The notes beneath the pieces are model-generated. The model was given only the letters and a program-made list of their open reading frames with translations, did not search any database and was not told where the DNA came from. The position numbers and the translations under genes were made by a program. A stretch of DNA of 64,000 bases, taken from positions 186,001 to 250,000 of the forward strand of contig CDMY01000831.1 of the NCBI GenBank assembly GCA_001179505.1, read 5' to 3'. The DNA is from Vitrella brassicaformis CCMP3155. Lineage: Eukaryota > Protista > Chromerida. Shown piece after piece: positions 23,940-33,470 of the stretch (position 1 is its first letter; every line of letters starts with the position of its first letter).

Positions 23940-25083
23940 ATGCCGCCGATCCGCCGCGTGAACAAGAGGGGACCGATGCGTAAGCGGGAGACCAGGTGGT
24001 ATTGGCCTTCTCGCCCGATTTGGCACATGGTCGAGCTGGGTGAGGGGAAGCTGCAGTTTTGGGAACAATGCTGCGGCTGCGTGCCGTGCGGGAAGGCCAC
24101 CACGATCGACCTCGTGTACCCGACGATCCGTGTCGCCGTCCGCCCGAGGTTCAAGAACTTGACGAACGCGTTGGTGGTGTGGCACGACAATACGGGGCTT
24201 GGACACACCATCGATTTCCACAAGTGCAGCCACGAGACGTGAGCAAGGGGAGGTGGGGAAGAGGAAGGGGATGGGTGCATTGTTTCATTTCTCTCCACAT
24301 GTGCTGTGTGGCATGTGCTGTGTGGCGTGTGTCATCGATCTATAGGATCATTGACGGGTTCGACGCGGCCACTGGCGCGAAGGCGGCGTTCGAATGCCAC
24401 AGTTCGGCCGAGCTGGGCGTCTGGTACGTGAGGCGACCGATCGACCAAGTTCTGATGTGTACCATTGTTCATCTGTTTGTCTGTCTGTCTCTTTGTCCAG
24501 GTATGACGCAGTGATGAACGAGGTTGCCAACGCCATCTGTACCAACGGCACGGCGGGCCAGCAGACTGGAGGGCAGCCCGCAGCCATGGAGGGCCCCATG
24601 CTCACCTCGGCGCCAGCCAGCCAGCCCGCCACGCTTCCACCCACCACCACTGCCGTCGAGCCTGAGCCCGCTGCAGCAGCCGCCGAACTTCCCACTCACA
24701 CGGCAGACACCGATCAAGCAGCACAGCAGCCGACGGTCCACCACGCCCTCTCCGAGGCCGACCACCCCGTGGAGGAGACGCCCTCCGTCGCAGACAGCGC
24801 GGCCAAGGCGGCATCGGTCATGGCTGGCGTGTACTTCCCGCACATCGTGGGGTTCCGCTCCATGGGCACCAGCGAGTCGTTCCAGAAGCGTGCGGGGTCG
24901 GTGATCTACGGCCGCACGAGTGTGGAGAGCGACGAGCCGACGGCGGGGAAGGGCGGCAGTGGTGCGGCTGCCCCGGCTGCGGCGGCTGCTGCGGCTTCGA
25001 GCGGCTCTGCTGGTGCGGGGGAGGGGGAGGGAGAGGAAGGGGAGGCTGCGGGAGAGTGGACCGTGTGGGACGATGACCGTTAG
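23940..25083 (+). CDS. PH-like domain protein with Cys-rich loop and disordered C-terminal tail (intact family member)
   Basis: Three exons with two phase-2 GT-AG introns give MPPIRRVNKRGPMRKRE...WHMVELGEGKLQFWEQCCGCVPCGK...IIDGFDAATGAKAAFECHSSAELGVWYDAVMNEVANAI. KxGxLxK, WxxVxLxxGxLxFW and AFECxSxxExxxW+helix fit the PH pattern. Ends WTVWDDDR*. Confidence 0.75.
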
Positions 25084-26470
25084 CTTAGACAGGGGTAATC
25101 AATCGTGTGCACTCACGACAAGGGAGGGAGTCAGGAAAGGGTCTACCTGTTCGTCTGGTTGGTCTGCTGGGGTTTTTCCGTTTGTCCGCACCTCATTGCC
25201 TGTCGCTCCCTGTCCGGCTGGCCTGTCCTTGTCTATCTATCTCGCGAAGCGAACTGTCTGTGATTGGCTGTGCCGTTGTGTGAATACGGGAGGGGGGGGG
25301 AGAGAGAGAGGGAGGGAGGGAGGGAGAGAGCCGGCCCTGGCCGCCTGCACTGCAGGAAAGAGTGAATGACGGGCTGGCTGGCTGAGTGTTGTGTCGTGTC
25401 ATGTGTGTGATCAGATGCATGGGGCGTGCAGGGGTTCTTTTTCGTAGGCCCTCTGATCGAATAGGATAGGCCGACCACACACACAGACGGAGGGAGGGGG
25501 GGGAGAAGAGAGGGAGGGGGACAGCGCGGGTGCGGGAGAGGGAGAAGAGGCTGCGGGAGAGTGGACCGTGTGGGACGATGTCGGTTAGCTTAGACAGGGA
25601 TAATCATAAGACAGGGATAATCAATAAATCGTGTGCACTCACGACAGGGGAGGGAGGGAGGGTGGGAGTCAGGCAGGAAAGGGTCTACCTGTTTGTCTGG
25701 TGTGTGCGCTGGGTTTTTCCGTTTGTCCGCACCTCCTTGGCCTGGCGCTGCCTGTCCGGCTGGCCTGTCCTTGTCTATCTATCTCGCGAAGCGAACTGTC
25801 TGTGGCTGGCTGGGTACGTGACATGCACCGTGCATGTCTGTTTTGTGTGAATACGGGAGGGGAGAGAGAGGGAGAGCTGGCCCTGTGCCGCCTGCACTGC
25901 AGGAGAGAGTCAATGGCTGACGGGCTGGCTGGCTGGCTGAGTGGTGTGTTGTTGTTGTGGCGTGTCGTATGTATGGTCAGATGCATGGGGCGTGCCGGGG
26001 TTCTTTTTCGTAGGCCCTCTGATCGAATAGGTCGACGACACACGCACAGAGGGGCAGAGGGAGGGGGGGGGAGGGCACCGACATGAGACGACACCACACG
26101 AGGTTGGCTCACACACACCACTCTATGGCTCTCACTAGCCCCTCTCGCATGCAGTCAGTGGATTGTGGATCTCCACAATCAGAAGGGAAGAGAGGAGATC
26201 AGGTGCTCCGGGCGAGTTTGGTTGTCTGGGTGGCTGGCTGAGTGGTGTGTTGTGGCGTGGCGTGAGTATGGTTGGATGGGGTGTGCGGGGGGGGTTCTTT
26301 TTCGTAAGCTCTGATCGAATTGAATAGGTCGTCCACTCACACACACAGAGGGGCAGAGAGAGAGAGAGAGAGAGAGGTGGCCCTGGCCGCCTGCACTGCA
26401 GGCGAGACTAACTGAGTGGCTGACTGGTTGGTTGGCTGAGCGGTGTGGCGTGTCGTGTGTATGCATGAAG
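25043..26470. repeat. ~500-bp tandem duplication of the PH gene's last codons and 3' flank, plus a third permuted partial copy
   Basis: gaggctgcgggagagtggaccgtgtgggacgatg..gttagcttagacaggg at 25043 and 25548; shared blocks gggttctttttcgta.gc.ctctgatcgaat and ggccctg..ccgcctgcactgcagg occur three times. Confidence 0.8.
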
Positions 26471-26681
26471 TACTGCGGCATGGATGGCATGACCGCAATA
26501 CGCACGGACGTGGTATAGCCAGACCCCGAAGTGGGCTTTCAATCAATGCCTGCGTGTCCCTCTCGAGCAATCGATGTCATGTCCATGATCAATCAATCAA
26601 GTCGACGGAAAAACCACACGCCCGTGAAGTAATGAAAGGCCAACACATGCATATCCATCCATCCATCGATCTCTCCATCCA

Positions 26682-28674
26682 TCACGATTGCTGCTGCTCC
26701 TGCTGTGCCTTGTGTTGCGCCGCGGCGACGATTTCCTGCAGCCCATCCTGGTAGGCATCCTTACCGTACGCAGCGTAACTGACATGCCATGGACAACACA
26801 TACACACACACACACACACGCCGACAGACACACGGTGAGTCGCTCGACGATGGGTCGATGTATGTCAGCTTACATGGACCAGAATACGGGAGGACTCCGT
26901 TCAGCCAGCGACTCGAGAGACAGCAGCAGAGTGCCCTGCAGACAAAACAGACAGACAAACAGACAGACAGATACTCATGGCTGAGACGTATGGATGAATT
27001 GAGGGGCGGTTGCGGCCTTACTGACCGCAGAGCCGCCCCTCCTGCGCGACGTGGTCGACCTGCAGACACACACACACACACACACGGATGCACGCCGCTG
27101 TGTGTATGCCTCGGTGAGTGAGTGCAGGTGTTTTCTGTACTTGGTGATGATGTGTGTGAAGACGTCTTCGATGAGCTCAATGGGGTAGAAGGGCACCTCC
27201 TCCTCATAACGATTGCGATCCTGACCGATTTCCAATCAGTGGCTGCGGATGATGGCACCTGATGTGTGTGTTGCAATTGGTGTTTTGTGTGTTGCGAGTA
27301 CCTTCTTGGCGTTGGATATGCCGAAGGTGACGTTGACCTTCCGCTTGCCCGATGACGACACGTGCCGATGCGTCACAGTCACCCAACCGTTCTTGGCCTG
27401 CACACACCACACACACAGAGACAGACACACACAGGTGAGAGCATGGATGTCCTATCTGTGTGTCGTCTCTCTCACCGCAGTCACTCTATGCTCCCTTGCC
27501 GCCACGTGCTGTCCATAGAGGCCCGTGAGACCTCGTTCAGGGTCGAACTGAAGGATGGCCGTGCCGATGGCCTCGGCTGAGTCGCCCTCACGGCCATACA
27601 CAGACGCATTTCGACCAGAAGACGCTGAACACAAACACACCCACACATCCATCAGCCAGCACACACATCAGTGTGCCTGGCTCGTGCCGGCTCACGTGGC
27701 GGCTCGGGCGCCTTTCTTCTCCTGCCGATGTGGTCCTCGGGGTCGTCCTCGCCCTCCCACTCGCCGCCCTCACCCTCAGGAGGCTCGTCGCTGTCCTCAT
27801 CCTCATCGCTCTCACGCCTCTTCCTCGGCTTGCTCTTCCTGGGGGACTTGTGCTTCGGCTGAGCATCGCCATCGCCCGGTGGTGCGGCAGTCTTTCTCTT
27901 GACGGGTGTGCTGGCCTTGCGTTTGGTCTTTCCTCCTCCTGTCGCTGACGCTGCTGCCTCCTGGATGGCGGCGAAGGGAGCGGGGCCGGGGGGCGGCAGG
28001 GGCAGCTCCTGGTCGGCCTGGGCTTGCTGCTGGGCGGAGAGCTTCTCCTTTTTGTCACGCTCTATCTCGGCCAAGATGCGGTCTTTCTCGGCCTTGCGGA
28101 CACTCGATTGCAGCGGCGCTTGGCTCTTTCGCTGGTCCTTTTGGACAGCGGCGGCGGACGCATTGAGGTGCTCAGTCACAGCCGCCAGAGTGCTGCAGAA
28201 CCACACACACACATGCAATCAGCCAGACAGCAGCACTTCTGTCCGTGTCTGGGAAAGCAGCACCTCTGCAGTTTGTCATCCTTGGCCGGTGGGTATCTGA
28301 ATATGTCGCCACTCTGACACGAACAACACAACACACCAACCATGCCATGAGAGGCAGATCAGATCTCACGGTTTGGCTGTGATTCGATTCCCATACCTCT
28401 GTGAAGCCACATGCTGCCAGGAGGGCAGTGGAGTGGTCGCCGCCTGCATCCAGCAGCTGCAAGAGAGAGAAACAAGCGTCCTGTCCTGTGTGTGTCGTGT
28501 GTGTGTCGTGTGTGTCAGTGCCTGGGTTGCTTACCTTTTCCTTGATGGCTTGGTTGCTCTTCTTGACCACTCTGTATTTGTTACGCTCCTCAGATGGACA
28601 CGTCGCCAGACTGATGAACGGACAGACAGGCAGACAGACAGACAGGCCGATGACACACCACCACATCTCTCTCG

Positions 28675-28706
<32 letters not shown>

Positions 28707-28924
28707 ATGTGTGTGTGTGGTTGGCAGCCTACTTGTTGACCAGCTTGTGCAGGATCTTGAGGGCGCCTTCACGCTTGCTGGCCTGCAGACAAACAACACA
28801 ACTCGAATGAAATGGTCGTGAATGAGGTTTCATTGCGCTGTACCTCAACGTGCGTGTCGAATGCCGTCAGAGCCGCTGTGAGATCTCCACCGACTCCCTC
28901 ACCCTCAGCCGCTGCTGCAGCCAT
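26682..28924 (-). CDS. PUB (PUG) domain protein with acidic/basic linker and unknown C-terminal domain (may be two genes)
   Basis: Spliced N-terminus MAAAAAEG...FDTHVE | ASKREGALKILHKLVNN | LATCPSEERNKYRVVKKSNQAIKEK | LLDAGGDHSTALLAACGFTE fits the PUB pattern (LxKIxxN...KYRxIxxxNxxxxxK...LxxxGF). Later exons include FYPIELIEDVFTHIITKY and GKDAYQDGLQEIVAAAQ...S*. Confidence 0.7.
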
Positions 28925-29059
28925 CTCAGTCACGCCAATGATCGAAGGACGCTGTCGATGGGTGGACGCTTCACCAGGGTACTGTTGCGACCATCAGCTG
29001 ACTCATTGCCGAGCGAAACAGCAGCACAAACAACCGAAAAAGTCGCGTCAGCTCGCAGC

Positions 29060-32000
29060 AGACAACGCGATCGGTCTGGCGCTCTCCTCCAAATCTTGCT
29101 CCAAATCATGAGCCGGACGCCATCTCCCTTCCATCCGATGGTCTTGTCGACCAACGTGGCTACAGTGATTTCCCTCAGCTGATCCCGTGTGTTGTGATCG
29201 GGTCTCTTGATGCTGTCGGCCGTGCTCTTTGCGCTGGCCCTTACCGCCACCCCGAGCGGCTCATTTCCTGCGGCTGACTTTGACGAAGCGGACGATGGAT
29301 TCATTGATGAGGAGGAGGATGGCGCCGACGAGCCGGCCCGTGTGCTGGAGGTGACCATGTCCTCTGAGGGGGCGCTCAGTATGTTGCGGGCCATCAGAGA
29401 GAACATTGCAGACAGCACACAGCCGGAGGAGGAGGCTCCACAATACGGTGGAGATCTTACTCGTCTGCTACAGACGCCAAACTTGACAGCGAACGTGGAA
29501 CGGGAAGCGGTCGACCTGCCAGTGCATATCGTAAGAGTAGGTGATCGGGTTGACGAAGCTGTGCTGGCAACTTTCGTGCAGCTGCTGGACCGTCACGACG
29601 ATAGCGTCTTTAGAGCGGCGACCTCCATGCTGGCCGGGATTCCCATTGCTGCATCTGAAGGGTCCGTGGGGGAAATTCATCGGGTAGTGGCCGCTGTTCT
29701 ATTCGAGCAGCAGGCGGTGTCAAAGCTATCGCGCTTGCTTTTGTCGCCATACGGCCCTGCAAGCAGTGATGCCATGTATGTCGCCCTGCTCGCCCTACAT
29801 CAGATAGCACGTGAGTCGGATGCAGCTGCACAAAGGCACCTCACTTGTCTGTCACTTGCCTGTTTGTGTGCATCAGGCGAAATTCCCGAGACGATTGCCA
29901 TCAGTATGAGACAGATCATGGATCGTGACGTCGTTCCGAATTTGAGGACGGTTTACCAAAGCCAAAGCGGGACAAATAATGTGTCCACTAGCGGTGATAT
30001 GTCAACAACAATGGCCACCTTGCTATTGTCGTGTAGCCTTGCGCTGAGTTTCGGACGAAAACTGGACAACGAAATGGCGGTGAGCGTCGGTATCTCTATG
30101 TTTATCTCTCTGTCTGTCTGTCTGTCCGTCTGTGTGTGTGTGTGTCTGTCTGTCTGCCTGTCTGTGTTGTGCAGGTTCGCTATGCAGTCGAGCACGGGTG
30201 TTTCGACGCAGCATGCGATGTGGTCGAGCACAAAACGGTCAGGAAAACGGCGGCGTACTCCACCCTTGTGATGTCCTTAGAAGCGGAAGCACTGCTTGAA
30301 TTGAAGTTGCTATCAGGCGGGTACGTTACGCATGAAGCCTTTGTAATGGTCACGATCACGGTGTCATGTTTGCAATCCATCAGGGCAAGTGAGGCATTCA
30401 GGAGGCGAGTCGCCAAGATCATCATGGGCAGGGTCTGGAACGCTTCGCATGACGCGTGACCGAGCTCATCGCTTGTTTTGTGGCTTCAGAGCAGCTGCAA
30501 GCGTGCCATCGAGAAGCGCGCCAGCGGCTCCGGGGATGGTGCCAGAAAAGCCAAGGCCATCGCGAGTTGGGTGCGCATGTATGAGGTCACTGGACTGTAT
30601 CGGCTGCCAAGACGCGATGATCTGGTGCGACACAAGAGGACAAAGAGCACCTGAAAGTACTGTTTCTCTCTCTCCTTGGCAGGTGTCCTCTCCTTGGGCA
30701 CTCTCGGCCGCTGTTGCCCTCTTCGCTGTCCTGCTCGGCCTGTCAGCACTGTGGCGCTTTGTTGTCCGTCCGGGGCAACAGCGTCGGCAGCAGCGTCTGG
30801 CCGAGGACGCAGCGGCACGGCTGATAGCTGAGGAGGAAGCAAAGAGGAGCAGAGGGCAGGGGAGGGGCCGCAGAGGTCATGCCAGGCAGCCCAATGCTGC
30901 TTCTGCCGCCCGTCGGCCGACGGCTCAGCCATTCTTCGCTGCTGCTGCCCATGACAGTGGGATCGCGTCTGCCACCACCACGTCCACTAGCAGCCACAGT
31001 GGCTGCCTGACACCCACTGCGGCAGCAAGCAGCGGTGGCTTTCAGCCAGCCTCCGTGTCTGGGGGTGGATCAGCTGATCAGCAGCAGCAAGAGCATCAGG
31101 TGGAGGCGATGGCAGATAGTGGCGGCCAGTGGACTCAGACCGCAGCGCGACACCGAAAGAAAAAGGGCAGAAGGGCCGGGTCGGGCTCGGCGGCCGATGG
31201 GTCAGCTTCACAACAGCTGGCTGGACAAGCGAGCACCTCTGTGTCTGCGAGTCCATCTGGGGAGACGGCGCCCCCACAGCCGCTGCCAAGCACCGCCGGC
31301 AGCATCTCTGGCGGCACACGTGGCTATGCTGTGACTGGTGGGATGGCCCATCGCCCGCAGCGTCGCCCCTTTCGCCCCGGCGCCCCCCCTCTGGTGACCC
31401 CACCCCTCAAGCAGCACTCGTCGTCATCGACAGAGAGCAGAGGCGCAGCACCGGCTGCTGCTGATGGATGCTTTCGTGTTGGGGGTCACGAAGGCGCGGA
31501 TTTTGCGGGCGAGTTGAGCAGCGGCACCACCGCCGTGACATTGTCATCACCGCCCAGCAGTCCTTCTGATGACCCTGAGTGGGTGAGGGGCATGGAGGCT
31601 GCTTGGTCTGAGTGGGACACGGGGCGGGGTGACGGCCATCACAGCCACGACCCGCCGGAGCAGCAAAGGAGAGCAGAGGCCGCGGCTGCCGATGACGCCC
31701 ACAGCGTCGATCCCGCACGCGCCATGGCCTTAGAGCAGAAGCAGCAGGCCGTCGACAGACTGCAGGAGTGAGCCGGAAAGGCGATGAATGGGCGGCACTC
31801 TCACTGCAGAACCACGTGTGTGTCTTGGCATGGGTGTGCAGGCTGCGTTGTGAGTTGGACGGCAAGTTGGCGGCCATCGCCTCGTTCGAGCAGCGCAAAG
31901 CCAAACTGATACGCGACAAGGAAACCGCAATGCGCAACGCACCCAAGTGAGACGAACCGCACACACAGAGAGGGCGGGGACCTTGATGCACCTCGTGTCG

Positions 32001-33170
32001 TGTGTCTTATGTGTGTTAGGTCTGTTGACGAGTTGGATGAGGTGGTTCGTGCGGGCGGCGTTGAGGGCATCCGGCAGTTTTCCGCTGAGGTCGAGGCCGA
32101 GAAAGCCGCACTGCAGCCCATCTACGACGCCGCACTCGCCAAGATCCAACAGCTCAGCAGCGGATCGACAGCAGTGGAAGTGCCACACAGAGAGAGGGAG
32201 CAGGACACCGCCACTGAGGGGGCAGCAGCGGCATCGGGGTCTTCCTCGGCTGATGCGGGTGGCCTCTGTGGGCCGCTGGAGGGGGGCAGCTCGTCGGGTG
32301 CTCGTGTAGATGATGACATTGGTGGTTTGGGGCTTGACGAACAGCTGGCGATGCTCACGCAGCGCATCTCAGAGTGAGCACAGAGACAGCGGGGATTCCC
32401 ACACCGCCATGCGTGTGACTCCGTCTGTGTGTGTGTGGCATTCAGGGTCGAGCAGCAGCTGGGCAGCGGTGAGCTGGATCGTCGGCTGAGGTGCCTCTCG
32501 CATGAGGTGGGGAAGCTCCAGTCGCGTGTCGACGCCATCAAGATGGACACTCATAACAAGTATGAAACAAGTACACACACATCGGCTGTCTATCTGTTTG
32601 TCTGTCCACTGTCTGTCTCTGTGCAGGCATTCGATGGCTTGCCTCTCGTCCATCCACACGGTGGCCGAGGCGACGGCCTTCCTCGCCCGCGTCATGGGCC
32701 GCATTCAGCAGCTCGACGGGCTCGTCATTCGGGCGCACCAGGAGGAGAATCGGCAGCTGCAGCGGCGCATCGACGACAGGGAGGATGACGAGTCGTGTGC
32801 GGTGTGCCACGACGGGCGGCGGACGGTGGTGCTCATCGGCAAGGCGCCGTCCGGCTGCCGCCACCGATGTCTGTGTGTCACCTGCTGGCACAAGAGCTAT
32901 GCGCCGGGGCGGGGCAGCACACAGTGCCCCATCTGCAGAAGCGACATCGACTACAGACAGTCGGGGCCCACCATTTAGACGATTTGTGGGGTGTACAGCT
33001 GGTGGGTTCATGTTAGTCTGTCGGGTGGAGGAGAGCTGCTGTAAGGGCGTTGCAGAATGGGATGCAGCCCCATTCACTCGAGGCGATGCTGACTGCACGT
33101 GTGTGAGGGTGGGATGATTAGTGTATTTGTGTAGTTCATGACGCTGCATGATCTGTTCTCCTTTTCGGCT
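29060..33170. repeat. Inverted duplication; partner at about 49345-53410
   Basis: The upstream (acaacgcgatcg...aaatcatgagccgga.gcc...gtgatttccctcagctgatc), tail exons/introns and 3' flank (cgatttgtggggtgtacag...gcagccccattcactcgaggcgatgctgactgc) of copy 2 match the reverse complement around copy 5. Confidence 0.85.
29210..32978 (+). CDS. ARM-TM-RING receptor-like E3 ligase, copy 2 (apparently intact, canonical RING)
   Basis: MLSAVLFALALTATPSGSF signal, acidic linker, ARM exons (FVQLLDRHDDSVFRAATSML; QIMDRDVVPNL; VRYAVEHGCFDAACDVV; SSCKRAIEKR...VTGLYRLPRRDDL), then | VSSPWALSAAVALFAVLLGLSALWRFVV TM, coiled-coil exons and CAVC..CRHRCLCVTC..CPIC. All joins are GT-AG and in frame. Confidence 0.87.
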
Positions 33171-33220
33171 GCTATGCAGCGGTTGGATGCATGACGCGAT
33201 TGAAATATTGGGAGGCAAGG

Positions 33221-33470
33221 GCACGGTCCTTCTGAGGGCAATGGTGTCCTGTCTGTCACTTCCTCACTGTAGATGAATCGCACTCCGGCCATCCATCCAT
33301 CCATCCATCCATCCATCCGTTCTTGCCATGTCGTTGTTTGACATCTGAGGACGGGAGCTGCGATTGAGACTGGCACGTTCGACCGGTGTGCGGGACGTGA
33401 TGAAATAAAGCGACAAAAGCCATCAGAAATGAAAACAGAAGTCCTGCCTGCCTTGATGTTGGCGGCTGCG
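33221..33470. repeat. Inverted copy of 8200-8449 (UCP stop codon, UCP 3' flank and copy 1 upstream region)
   Basis: gcacggtccttctgagggca...cttcctcactgtagatgaatcgcactccggccatccatcc...gtgatgaaataaagcgacaaa..catcagaaat is the reverse complement of 8225-8449. Confidence 0.9.
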
